Shown here: positions 9,198 through 19,142 of the stretch, in pieces
How positions within the stretch are numbered: position 1 is the first letter of the stretch
Layout: the number at the start of each line of letters is the position of its first letter
IMG/VR virus record: IMGVR_UViG_3300045988_102744
Direction: 5' to 3' (one strand)
Length of the DNA stretch: 64,000 nt
DNA from: a virus
Notes under the pieces: generated by a model
Seen by the model: only the letters and a program-made list of their open reading frames with translations
Database searches by the model: none
What the model was told of the DNA's origin: nothing
Position numbers and translations under genes: made by a program

Positions 9198-9940
9198 TGG
9201 AATTAAAAGATTCAGTCAGGGTAATGACTAAAGAAGAGTTCGAATCAGCAATCAACGAAGATATTAAATTCGTTGAAGGAATTAAGCATTTTTTTAAACA
9301 TGATGATGCTACGAGGGTAATGGAACACGTAAAGTCCGTGTTAGAGGCATCAGTAGACTACCACTACCCGAATCATCCTGAACCTGAAGCAGAACCTGGA
9401 GACATGGGAGAGGTTTCTGATGGATACCATACTTTCAATGAATTGTATCGGTATCGCATGTTGTATAACGCTGCCTTCTTTAACCTATTAGCCAGAAGCG
9501 GACAGGTTGAAGTTTGCAAATCAAGGAGACACAGCGACGGAGAAAAATGCTTCGGTTCTGATGATTGGTTTATTGTGATGGCGATCCTACCTACCGGTCA
9601 GGTATCTAATCACTATGAAAGCAAATACTGGGATTTGTTTGATGTTCCAGAAAGAGAAACCGCTTTCGAATACGATGGCCATACACCAAATGAAGCTGCC
9701 GACAGACTTGAAAAGTATCTCAAACTGCCTCGTCGTGGCATGACATTCGAACAGGCTTTAGAACAGCTTAAATTAGGTCGTAAGATAAAAAGAATCGATT
9801 GGGGTAAAAAGTATATCTGTATGTTTATTGTAGAATCTGACGTAAATATATTGATGGTAGATACAGGTCAAAAAGTAGCATCAAATTGGAATCCAACCGA
9901 ACATGATATTATGTCTAATGACTGGGAGATTGCGGGATGA
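9197..9940 (+). CDS. two-domain protein: unknown N-terminal domain plus C-terminal DUF2829/Tad2-like domain (W-G-KK-YI ... W-NPT-D-SNDWEI)
   Basis: ORF track; C-terminal ~65 aa (FEQALEQLKLGRKIKRIDWGKKYICMF...SNWNPTEHDIMSNDWEIAG) matches the short DUF2829 signature from memory. Confidence 0.55.
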   Translation: MELKDSVRVMTKEEFESAINEDIKFVEGIKHFFKHDDATRVMEHVKSVLEASVDYHYPNHPEPEAEPGDMGEVSDGYHTFNELYRYRMLYNAAFFNLLARSGQVEVCKSRRHSDGEKCFGSDDWFIVMAILPTGQVSNHYESKYWDLFDVPERETAFEYDGHTPNEAADRLEKYLKLPRRGMTFEQALEQLKLGRKIKRIDWGKKYICMFIVESDVNILMVDTGQKVASNWNPTEHDIMSNDWEIAG

Positions 9941-10212
9941 GTTTGTTTGTTTGTTCAAAGTGTGGCTGTATAGATAATACAGCCACATCATATTACTGGG
10001 CTCTTATAAGACCTTGTAAGAATCGTATTTACGATAAGTCGCTAAAGGGATATGAAGGCAAGCCTCTTTGTTCTGAATGTGCCGCTATTGAATATAGTAA
10101 GGGAGGCGAAGTGGTGGTAGTTCCTGGAACGTGGCACGGTAAGTTCAAGAAAGAATGGCCTACTGAAGAAGAAAAGAAGCATATTGGTAAAAATGGTATT
10201 TTAAATTATTGA
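9937..10212 (+). CDS. hypothetical 91-aa Cys-rich (zinc-ribbon-like) protein
   Basis: ORF track; CSKCGC ... CSEC pairs; ATGA overlap upstream. Confidence 0.5.
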   Translation: MSLFVCSKCGCIDNTATSYYWALIRPCKNRIYDKSLKGYEGKPLCSECAAIEYSKGGEVVVVPGTWHGKFKKEWPTEEEKKHIGKNGILNY

Positions 10213-10215
10213 TTT

Positions 10216-10521
10216 ATGTGTGATAAGGAAATTGTTATATGCGCAGCTATCTGGGTTCAAGATTACAAGAATAAGCCTCACGGTCCAATAAATATACCAT
10301 CCGGAACCGTATTTTGTGGATTGAGACACTGTTCTATAATATCGCAACTTGCTGCATACGGTATAGCTCATAAAAACCGCAGTGTTCAAGGATTTTTGAC
10401 AAGCAAGAACCGGTTTCTGACGAGAGAAGAAGCGTCTGAGCTTGTTAAGAACAATAATCAGGAGATGGTAGTAGATAGGAATGCTATTAGAGAACAATTG
10501 TATTCAGAAGATTTATATTAA
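10216..10521 (+). CDS. hypothetical 101-aa protein
   Basis: ORF track. Confidence 0.5.
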   Translation: MCDKEIVICAAIWVQDYKNKPHGPINIPSGTVFCGLRHCSIISQLAAYGIAHKNRSVQGFLTSKNRFLTREEASELVKNNNQEMVVDRNAIREQLYSEDLY

Positions 10522-10538
10522 CTAAAAAACAAAACAAC

Positions 10539-10895
10539 ATGGGGTTTAAAATCAAAAAGTCAATCATTTATAATATGATGAACGGCAGTCGGGTAGAGTA
10601 CGAATTTGACAATACCAAGGATTTTGATTATATTACATTTAAGGGTGATGGCAAAGAGTCTTTTTCATTTAACGTAATCCTTGTTAAACAATTAATTGCA
10701 ACATTTGAAATCATGTTGCAGGATATATATTCTGATAATTATAAGCTTAAGGTTTATGCTGGTAATTGCATAGTTCAATTGAACGCAAATCCAAAGGACT
10801 CAAGTGAATCCTTTTTTGACGTATATGATAAAGATGAAACGAAACTGATATATGGAATAGAGATCGGTATTCTGAAAGGAATGTTTGGCATATGA
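10539..10895 (+). CDS. hypothetical 118-aa protein
   Basis: ORF track. Confidence 0.5.
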   Translation: MGFKIKKSIIYNMMNGSRVEYEFDNTKDFDYITFKGDGKESFSFNVILVKQLIATFEIMLQDIYSDNYKLKVYAGNCIVQLNANPKDSSESFFDVYDKDETKLIYGIEIGILKGMFGI

Positions 10896-11209
10896 TTACT
10901 AAACAAGATATACAAGCAGCAGCATCGTATATTTTCCGAAGCAGTTTTGTCTCAGAAGACCAGGCAAGGAAAGTAACGATAAGAGCCGGTAATAACGCTA
11001 CCAAGAACCTTGTCAAGACCTTCAGAGGAAAGTTGTTCAAGAAGGCTTTTGGAAGAGCTCGTAGAGGAAAGGATATCAGTTCTTTTGAAAGACAAGAAAA
11101 AGAAAGTGGTTTTAATTTTCTTTATAATCCTAATAATGGTCGTATGCGAAGCGGTCATATTATAATAGATGGAATTGGTCTGTTTAAACAAATAATTCAT
11201 GAAAGGTAA
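10892..11209 (+). CDS. hypothetical 105-aa basic protein
   Basis: ORF track; ATGA overlap upstream. Confidence 0.5.
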   Translation: MITKQDIQAAASYIFRSSFVSEDQARKVTIRAGNNATKNLVKTFRGKLFKKAFGRARRGKDISSFERQEKESGFNFLYNPNNGRMRSGHIIIDGIGLFKQIIHER

Positions 11210-11369
11210 AAAAGTTGATATTCGTTTAGGCAGAGGTCTGGCGAATCAGATTAAGATAAACAAAACCATCCCAGTGTCTCATAAACCAAAAGAAGAACGT
11301 CGAATGATGTTTATTTGTGGTGATGATATTGCTTCTCTTATAAAGCGGTTTGAAAACGAATCAAAGTAA
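11199..11369 (+). CDS. small hypothetical protein (56 aa, MKGKKVDIRLGRGLANQ...)
   Basis: ATG 11199 overlapping stop of upstream gene, TAA 11367-11369; fills an otherwise unexplained 170-nt gap. Confidence 0.3.
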   Translation: MKGKKVDIRLGRGLANQIKINKTIPVSHKPKEERRMMFICGDDIASLIKRFENESK

Positions 11370-11382
11370 TATAAAGTAGGAC

Positions 11383-11742
11383 ATGTATCTTGTCCGATTT
11401 TTTTTATATATTTGTGGCATGGCAAGAGGTTATTATTGGATACCACAAACAGATGAAACGTTAAATGGCAGAAGCTATTACGTGGCTAAGATAGTAGGAG
11501 ATATCACGTTTGATACTAAACGAAAAAGAATCGTATTTCAAGCTGATAGGTATTTCCCTGTAGGATCTGTTTTCCATTTTACGCACAATTGCTTCAACTA
11601 TATCATAACTTGCCGACTTCGTAAGCCGGGGCTTTGGTTTGAAGCCAGGAGAGAAGATTCAGGCTCTATTTGCCCTGAAGATATTGAGCGCTTTGAATCG
11701 GGAAGGTTTATACACCGAGATGGGTACATGCATTACATATAA
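11383..11742 (+). CDS. hypothetical 119-aa protein
   Basis: ORF track; followed by small hairpins and T-runs. Confidence 0.5.
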   Translation: MYLVRFFLYICGMARGYYWIPQTDETLNGRSYYVAKIVGDITFDTKRKRIVFQADRYFPVGSVFHFTHNCFNYIITCRLRKPGLWFEARREDSGSICPEDIERFESGRFIHRDGYMHYI

Positions 11743-11853
11743 GCTGAACTTGACGATTTTTCGTCAGATTATAATTTTTTTTCATATTATTTTTAAGCCA
11801 TCAGACTGAGAAGTTAGGTGGCTTTATTTTTTATGATATGCTTGATTTTTAAC

Positions 11854-11861
11854 TACCTTTG
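11854..11861 (+). promoter_or_regulatory. Bacteroidota-type -7 promoter element TAccTTTG 24 nt upstream of the giant gene
   Basis: matches TAnnTTTG consensus; -33 TTTG partner not convincing. Confidence 0.3.
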
Positions 11862-11884
11862 TCTCATAACAAAAATGTTTTACT

Positions 11885-14800
11885 ATGACATCAACGTGTA
11901 TTATTAAAAGAGATAATAAAAATAAAGTTGTTTCTGTCTCTACCAGATCAGGGGACAGGTCTATGTTGTTTGATAAAATAGCATCTATTCCTCTTATGGA
12001 GAATAGGGAACGGGCTACTACTGTTTTTAAAACTGTATTTTCTAATAAGTTCTTAAAGGCTTTTGGTGACTGGAGAAGGAATGTGCCTATCAACAAACAG
12101 GCTTATAATAAGGTAAAATCCAATATCGACCTTATTCCGGAAGCCTATAGAGAAAGGGTGCTGGATAAGGCTTCTAAGATGAGCAACCCTATTCTTGTGT
12201 CGAAATCAGATGCACCTTATGGGATTCAAGAATCGGGCTTTGGATTCTACAGCCAAGATCTGGGTGATAATATTATGTTGGTGGATGCTATGGTCCCGTC
12301 AAGTATTTCCGTACCGGAAGGACCGGGAATAGACGCCGGGCAGTATCTACAAGATGCTATATCTTCGGACTTCACTCCCGTATCTATGGTACGGGATAAG
12401 GGTGTTAATTATATGGTTATAAAAGACGGTCTTAAGATATTTAGCCCAGAGGAGTTACCAGAAGCAGATTCTAATCCTGTGGGTGTAACGTATCAGACCG
12501 GAGAGCCTCGTTTGTTTTTTATGAACGATCGTAGTCAATTATTTGAAGATTACGGAGAAGCTCTTCGCTCTGGCGGGAATGATATCAGAATAGGGTTCTT
12601 ATCCGGCATCGTTCAAGAATCTACCGTGGATGGAGTGGCAGACATTACTTACAAGGCTGGAAAGTATGTCCTTAACAACCCCAAATCTTTTATACCTGTT
12701 ATGACCGCCTCTACTTCCACTTCTTTATCAACAAAAGGTGGGATAATAAACTACCTTATAAAGAAAGGTCTTTTGTCAGGATCCAAGATATTCGATCCGG
12801 AAACAAGAAGCTATTATCTTACAGGAGAAGGACATGCAGGACAAATTAGACTTTTCAATTCAGCCTTATCCTACACTGAGCTCCGTAATCATTTTGGTTC
12901 CGATGTTTCCATGAACGACCAGGGTATGATAACCATAAATTCATTGGATAATAGTAAGGTAACTATGAGACTCGCCACCGGAGGAACAGAAAGAGTTAGC
13001 AAGGAGCAGATAAAGAGCGATCTTAAGTCTGGAAGATACAATGAATTGGATGCTAAATACGATCACTTTGATGCGCTTGTAGTTTCATTTATATTAGAAG
13101 ACAATGATCTTTATGCTGATACTAAAGCTAAGATAGTATCGGATTATAGCCAAGAGGAACGTAATCAACGAAATTCTATTGTTGAGATACTGAAAACGCT
13201 GGGCGTTAGTGTCGTTGGCATGACCGATTATATAGAGAAGTACCAAACTAAATACGGACACGAACCTTCTGCTAAAGCATTGGCGGATATTGCCAATAAC
13301 GTAATAGCAGTCGGTGAAGATGCTACTTTGTCTGACTTAGTAGAAGAAACAGCACACTTTCTCGTAGAGGCGTACAGAGATCAGAATGCTGTTGAATCTG
13401 TTTTGCAAGATGTAGAAGGCACTGAAGAATGGAATCAGTATGCAGGTCAGTATTATAATACATACGGTAAGGTATATGAAGGCTCTGAACTTGATAATGC
13501 TGTTAGGAGAGAAATTCTTGGAAAGATCCTCGCCAGGGAGATGCAGACCGGCACAGCACAGGCGCCGGTAGAGCCCACCTCCTTCCTGGGGCGCGTCCGG
13601 CAGCTTCTCTCTGGAATTGTAAACTGGCTTAAATCAGCTTTATCAACCCAAAGACAGGATTTGAATAACGTTATTAAAAATATTCGTGATCTTGCTATTA
13701 CCGACATAGATAAAGGATTTGATACTTCTCTTTTGAAGGATAATGACTTTACATTATACTCCCTTTCTTCTATGAACAAGAACAAGTTTCTTGAGTCTAA
13801 AATCAGGGCATTGAGAAAAACGTTAAGAGACTTACGTCAGATAAGCTCTGATAGGGCTGTAACTACGTCTATGACCCTTGCTCAGCTTAAGACCATAGAA
13901 GATAAGATAAATAAGGTAGAGACCGAAATAGACAAGAATGAGATGGCGGCTGCCATGAACAGCATGATCTCTACAGCCGAAGCTCAGGTCAGATACTTAA
14001 GCAATGTGGTGAACACCATCCTTCATGGTGATACCAAAGACGGCAAGCTTCACTTCAATACCAATGATCGAAAGAACGTAGATATTATCAACAATCAGGT
14101 TCTTCCGATCATGAACGATCTTCGAGGATATATCCGTAACAGAAGTACCGAATTTGATGAACGTGAAAAGCAGGATTATACAAATAGGATCAATACCGTC
14201 ATTGCCGACATCAACGGTATTCAGTCTGATATTAAATCAGTACAAGATCTTGATGAAAGTACGTTGCTTGACAAGTTAATGAACGAACTTCATGTGCCGG
14301 CAGATAAGGTAAAGAGAGTAAAAGAGTTCTTTGATAAGGTTCAACACGATGTTTCTTGGATAAGTAGGTGGTTCGGTATATTAGAGCATTCTTCCAGCCC
14401 GTTCAACAACGCTCTTGGAGCTATGATTGCCAAAGACAATTACAATGCGATGGTGAATGCCCAGCCCGCTATATCCGATTTTCTGGCATATGCGAAAAAG
14501 CATGGTTTTAACAAATCTGAATTTGAAAAACTGCTTCAGAAAGTAGACGGCAAAACTTCTAATTACCTTCGTAGTGCCCTTGATATGGCTAAATACGATC
14601 GTAATAAGAAGCTGGCGCAGATGCGAGCGTTTGCGACCGCCATGAACATAGAGATATCAGAAGAAGAAATCAATGATGTGGTTGACAATAACCGTAATTA
14701 CGTATTTAAAAGAGAAGTAGTTGACAAGGACGGAAATACGGTTACTGAGAACGCTAAATTTAAACCGTCGTCCGATAGGGTTAATACCGATATTTTTACT

Positions 14801-17800
14801 ATCGAACAGGAAAAAATCTATACAGAACAGATGGAGAAGTGGGATGCTGAAAATTCAGAACTGGAATTTAGTGAAAGTTATGCCACAAGAATGGAATCCA
14901 TATACAAAAAGGCTGAAGAAGAATTAGGACATCCGGTTTCTCAAACAACCAAAGAATACCTTAATGCTCTTTCTCGGCAGAAGCGGATATTGAGGCAGCC
15001 TTTTATTGATGGCAATGGTAATTTTGATGAGGTTGCTTACTATAAGAGTAGTAACTACGAAGAAGAAGGACTGCTTCGTAAACAACGTAAGGAAGCAGCT
15101 TCAGAATACATATATGTAGGAACCAGGAGAGTGGAAAAAACCGGCGACCAACTTAAGATGGCCAAAGAAATACAAGCTATAAATGAAGTTTGGAGAAAGG
15201 AATCAAATAATGTCACTAATGTCGTATCAGAATCGTTTTTGCAAAAATTGAGAACTATTCAGCGTGAATCTGGAGGAGAAGCTGCGCTGAAGACACTTAT
15301 GTTGGGAGGTCACCTGTCATTTAATGATCGGTTTTGGAATGACGTAGAATCGGAACAGTCGGCGCGCACCGAATCAAACAACAAGGCTTCGTATCTTAAA
15401 ATGGCGCATGATATCATTAGCTCTACGACAAGTGATAGAGATGCGACTGACGTGGATTCGATTGTGAAAGATATAGAAAAAAATAAGGCCATTATCAAGG
15501 AAATAATCGGAAACAATCGCGATGTGGCTGATATCGGAGAAATTAACGAAGCGACATTTACCTCATCTGAAAGAGATGCTTTTAGGGCCGCATCTGAAGC
15601 TATTGAAGCCGATTACGCTATTTTGATAGATTATGCTAAGATGGTGGGTCTTGAAGATATTGATAAGTACCTTACTAAAAGCAGTAAGGCTGAAAACGAA
15701 GTAAATCAGTCTTATTTAAATGCTCTTGCTGACTCCAAGGAAGTGGAATGGAAGTTCGTACAACGTCATACTACGGCGAAGAAAGCAAAAAGGATTCAAG
15801 CCTTAAGGGATAAGTTATTCAAAGCTGCTGATAACCGGTATCTGTTTACCGTATCTGAAACCAACTACTTGTCAGAAAAGCTTGGAATAAGCAAAGAATT
15901 AGACGGTAGAGATTTTAGGAATGCCGTCAATGCTAAAATGGCCAGCTTGTTTTTAAATAACACAAGAGAATCAGGTATAGAAGAGGCTAATGCTATTGTT
16001 AATGAATTTGCCAGGAGCCAGGTCTTTTCATACTATAAACGCATGGCACCTACCGGATATGCGGCTATGATCGACAAAATTGGTCGAGGTGAGATAGATG
16101 TGGCGCAGATGGTTAAGGACGTACAAAACGGTACATCCACCCAAGATTATGGCATGGACATATCGTACCTGTCTTTCGACCCTGCAAGGGCATGGGTGGC
16201 TGAATCTGAAGCCGAAAATAACGGTCGTAATCCTGATTATGTAAAAGACCACGGGTATGGTCATCGCATGCCTAAGAAAAGCCTGTATCGTGATGAATCG
16301 TATTTCAATGACTTTGGTATCAAGTATGATGCTGACGGTAATGAAGTTGCTACTAAAAACGTAGAGCAGTGGAATATGATTCAAAAACTCAAGGAAATAA
16401 AAAGACAATCCCTTGATCTATATAAAGAGCAGAGCCCTAATCTGTATGCTATTCCACAGATATCCAAACAAGATATAGAACGTATAGAAGGATTGGGTAT
16501 TAACTTCAAAAATACGGTTCGTAATTTTGTATCAGATCTGTGCCTGGACAGAGTAGACGATTCTCTATATGGTAAGACCAGGCAAGGGGAAGTATATGAT
16601 CCGGAAGACAGACTTAGGTCTATACCTAAATACTACATATATGAGTTGGAGAACCAAGATGATGTATCTCACGATTTTGGCTACTCTTATTCGATGCTTA
16701 TGATGCAGTCATCGTTATATAACGAAAAGCAGAAGTCTATAGAGCTTGCCCAAGGACTGGAGCAGATGTTACTGAATAAACAATTTGAAGGCGGTAAGAA
16801 GGCTGAAGCAACCCAAGCATATCAGATGTTCAGGGACTTCTTCAACGATCATTATTATGGCATTAGGATGAACACCAAAAAACTTACGGTGAACATCGGA
16901 GGATATACGGTAGACCTTACAAGAATTATGATGGCTGTTGAAAGATTTATGTCGGTTATGAACTTGGCACTGTCTCCGTTTGTGGCAGCTACCGGCGCCC
17001 TGACAGGTCATATCAACCTCATCATGGAATCTGCCGTAGGACAGTATATAAGCAAAGACTCCCTTAAATACGCATCGGCTGAGTTTTCACGTCTTGCGCC
17101 ATCTTGTATAGCAGAAACCGGAGACATAGATAGGAAAAGCAAATTATATGTCATAGGTGAGAGAATGGGGATATTCAATATCCGAAATCGTATGTATGGT
17201 GCCGGATACAATAGAGCGGCCAGGACCTTAATGCGTTCGCCTATGTATGCTTTTATGGAAATCCTGAACTACCCTCTTGATCCGCAGGTTATGATTGCTA
17301 CTATGGACAATGTTCGTTATTACAAAGGCCGGTTCTACACGTTCCAAGATTTCAAGATGGAAAAAGAACGTAATAAAGAACAGAGTACCATAAAAAGAGA
17401 ATGGAATGCATTAAAAGATCGTACTTTATGGAGTATGGTAGACATCGTGGATGGGAAGGTGGTTGTAAAGCCAGGATCGGGTGTTACTGTTGAGGAAGTT
17501 GAAACCCAGATGGCTATAACCAGAAATCAAGTTCGTAGCTTGTCGCAGATATGTAACGGATCTTTGAATGAAGAAAACCGAACTGCCGCATCGCGCAACT
17601 GGATAGCCAGGTTCATGACCGCCCACCGAGGATGGTTGGTGCTGGCGGCTCAACGTCTGTGGAAAAGACGTGGCTTCAATTTCCAGACAATGCAAGAAGA
17701 GGAAGGGTTGTCAATTACGTTAAAGAATATGATAGCCAAAACATTTAGCCTGGCTTCCGAGTCTGGTATGAAAAACATCATAGATGTCTGGAATGAAAAT

Positions 17801-18307
17801 AAAGACAATATGAATGAGGTAGAAAAAACCAATCTCAAACGTCTCAGTGTCTATGCCGGCACGTTCCTTATCATGCAGGCCGTATCTATGCTTCTTGCCG
17901 GATGGCGTGATGATGATGAAAACGAAGAAAGTTGGCTTACTCAATTCGGATCCTATGTCGGATTCAGAACCATAAATGAAATAGCTTCACAGATGCCGTT
18001 TATTATGGAGCTTAATGTGGTAGATATCATTAACGACCCGTTTGTTATGGGACGGAAGCTGAAGGATCTTACCGATCTTAGGAATTATTCACTTGATAAA
18101 GTAACATCCGGTACATACAAAGGAGAGTCTAAGTTATTTAGGCAACTCGCCAAACAGACGTTTATCAAACAATGGTATAACATCAAGACGCCGGAAGACG
18201 TAGCGCGCGCCTATAATTGGTGGCAGCAGACAAACAACAAGTCAATGATGTTCTTCATCGGCGCCACTCCTGATTCGGAAGGGGACGATGATGTTAATTA
18301 CAAATAG
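11885..18307 (+). CDS. giant 2140-aa protein, largely alpha-helical/charged; candidate tail tape-measure / ejection or virion-associated mega-protein
   Basis: 6.4-kb uninterrupted ORF, no in-frame TGA/TAA/TAG; no polymerase or enzyme motif recognised; position at end of late block before receptor-binding-like genes. Confidence 0.9.
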   Translation: MTSTCIIKRDNKNKVVSVSTRSGDRSMLFDKIASIPLMENRERATTVFKTVFSNKFLKAFGDWRRNVPINKQAYNKVKSNIDLIPEAYRERVLDKASKMSNPILVSKSDAPYGIQESGFGFYSQDLGDNIMLVDAMVPSSISVPEGPGIDAGQYLQDAISSDFTPVSMVRDKGVNYMVIKDGLKIFSPEELPEADSNPVGVTYQTGEPRLFFMNDRSQLFEDYGEALRSGGNDIRIGFLSGIVQESTVDGVADITYKAGKYVLNNPKSFIPVMTASTSTSLSTKGGIINYLIKKGLLSGSKIFDPETRSYYLTGEGHAGQIRLFNSALSYTELRNHFGSDVSMNDQGMITINSLDNSKVTMRLATGGTERVSKEQIKSDLKSGRYNELDAKYDHFDALVVSFILEDNDLYADTKAKIVSDYSQEERNQRNSIVEILKTLGVSVVGMTDYIEKYQTKYGHEPSAKALADIANNVIAVGEDATLSDLVEETAHFLVEAYRDQNAVESVLQDVEGTEEWNQYAGQYYNTYGKVYEGSELDNAVRREILGKILAREMQTGTAQAPVEPTSFLGRVRQLLSGIVNWLKSALSTQRQDLNNVIKNIRDLAITDIDKGFDTSLLKDNDFTLYSLSSMNKNKFLESKIRALRKTLRDLRQISSDRAVTTSMTLAQLKTIEDKINKVETEIDKNEMAAAMNSMISTAEAQVRYLSNVVNTILHGDTKDGKLHFNTNDRKNVDIINNQVLPIMNDLRGYIRNRSTEFDEREKQDYTNRINTVIADINGIQSDIKSVQDLDESTLLDKLMNELHVPADKVKRVKEFFDKVQHDVSWISRWFGILEHSSSPFNNALGAMIAKDNYNAMVNAQPAISDFLAYAKKHGFNKSEFEKLLQKVDGKTSNYLRSALDMAKYDRNKKLAQMRAFATAMNIEISEEEINDVVDNNRNYVFKREVVDKDGNTVTENAKFKPSSDRVNTDIFTIEQEKIYTEQMEKWDAENSELEFSESYATRMESIYKKAEEELGHPVSQTTKEYLNALSRQKRILRQPFIDGNGNFDEVAYYKSSNYEEEGLLRKQRKEAASEYIYVGTRRVEKTGDQLKMAKEIQAINEVWRKESNNVTNVVSESFLQKLRTIQRESGGEAALKTLMLGGHLSFNDRFWNDVESEQSARTESNNKASYLKMAHDIISSTTSDRDATDVDSIVKDIEKNKAIIKEIIGNNRDVADIGEINEATFTSSERDAFRAASEAIEADYAILIDYAKMVGLEDIDKYLTKSSKAENEVNQSYLNALADSKEVEWKFVQRHTTAKKAKRIQALRDKLFKAADNRYLFTVSETNYLSEKLGISKELDGRDFRNAVNAKMASLFLNNTRESGIEEANAIVNEFARSQVFSYYKRMAPTGYAAMIDKIGRGEIDVAQMVKDVQNGTSTQDYGMDISYLSFDPARAWVAESEAENNGRNPDYVKDHGYGHRMPKKSLYRDESYFNDFGIKYDADGNEVATKNVEQWNMIQKLKEIKRQSLDLYKEQSPNLYAIPQISKQDIERIEGLGINFKNTVRNFVSDLCLDRVDDSLYGKTRQGEVYDPEDRLRSIPKYYIYELENQDDVSHDFGYSYSMLMMQSSLYNEKQKSIELAQGLEQMLLNKQFEGGKKAEATQAYQMFRDFFNDHYYGIRMNTKKLTVNIGGYTVDLTRIMMAVERFMSVMNLALSPFVAATGALTGHINLIMESAVGQYISKDSLKYASAEFSRLAPSCIAETGDIDRKSKLYVIGERMGIFNIRNRMYGAGYNRAARTLMRSPMYAFMEILNYPLDPQVMIATMDNVRYYKGRFYTFQDFKMEKERNKEQSTIKREWNALKDRTLWSMVDIVDGKVVVKPGSGVTVEEVETQMAITRNQVRSLSQICNGSLNEENRTAASRNWIARFMTAHRGWLVLAAQRLWKRRGFNFQTMQEEEGLSITLKNMIAKTFSLASESGMKNIIDVWNENKDNMNEVEKTNLKRLSVYAGTFLIMQAVSMLLAGWRDDDENEESWLTQFGSYVGFRTINEIASQMPFIMELNVVDIINDPFVMGRKLKDLTDLRNYSLDKVTSGTYKGESKLFRQLAKQTFIKQWYNIKTPEDVARAYNWWQQTNNKSMMFFIGATPDSEGDDDVNYK

Positions 18308-18520
18308 ACGAAGAATATCAGACTTCCATTGTTTTTGTATGATTCCAATATGTTATATTAGCATCGTCAAAGAGTAGACTATGCGTTTTTTGTTCTTACT
18401 TGAAAGGTTATGTAGGTTTATTTTTTCTGAAATTGTTTTCTTACCGGTTCTCAGTCAGAGATGATAGGGAACCGGTTTCTTTTATGTTGTCAATTATTGC
18501 TATCTTGCAAACAAAAAATC

Positions 18521-19138
18521 ATGAGACGAAGATTTCAAATAGGGATGGGGGTAAATCCCTCGCTTATAATCAATAAAGGCATATACATCCAACATGTAGA
18601 TGGAGGATTATATACAAAAGAAAATTGGTCTAATAAAGGATATTCCAATGATCTATGCAATGGAATAGCTCTTGTAGATAAAGTGTGTTTTGTTATAGCC
18701 ACCGAATATATTGGCACATTTCGTTGGGGTAAGGATGGAGAAATAGACAATATATTTGCACAAGATAGTTCTCATATGGAGACCGTTAAAAAGGATTATT
18801 GGGGGCGTGAAAATCAGAATGCGTATCTTAAATATGATACCAGTAATACAGATTACGCTTTTAATAAAGCTAATAGCTATTTATTTAAAAATGGTCAAAA
18901 TGGATATGTAGGTGGCGCCGGAGAGTTTTTTTTGATATCATTGTATGCGAATGAAATAAACGAATGCCTTTTAATGGTAGGAGGTACGATAATGACTAAT
19001 AGAATGTGGACATCCACTCGAAATGAAAAATTTACCTATTCGTGGTATTATGATATAAACATCCAAGGAGATCATTTGGATACAGGTTCAAGGGGTAGTT
19101 CACGTTATGTCCGCCCCTTTACTGAATTAATTTTATGA
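18521..19138 (+). CDS. DUF1566 (Lcl C-terminal, C-type-lectin-like)-domain protein with N-terminal MRRRF motif
   Basis: track ORF 18461..19138 trimmed to ATG 18521 (MRRRFQIGMG); C-terminus MWTSTRNE...YSWYY...GSSRYVRPF resembles the YWSSTE...AW...VRCV DUF1566 signature. Confidence 0.6.
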   Translation: MRRRFQIGMGVNPSLIINKGIYIQHVDGGLYTKENWSNKGYSNDLCNGIALVDKVCFVIATEYIGTFRWGKDGEIDNIFAQDSSHMETVKKDYWGRENQNAYLKYDTSNTDYAFNKANSYLFKNGQNGYVGGAGEFFLISLYANEINECLLMVGGTIMTNRMWTSTRNEKFTYSWYYDINIQGDHLDTGSRGSSRYVRPFTELIL

Positions 19139-19142
19139 AATT

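Noticed and set aside
11885-18307. Virion RNA polymerase identity for the giant protein
   Set aside because: No DxDGD-type double-psi beta-barrel catalytic motif seen by eye
18990-19138. DGR template/variable-repeat pair between the two DUF1566 gene 3' ends
   Set aside because: The two segments differ at many non-adenine positions and are only protein-level homologues; no reverse transcriptase in the window
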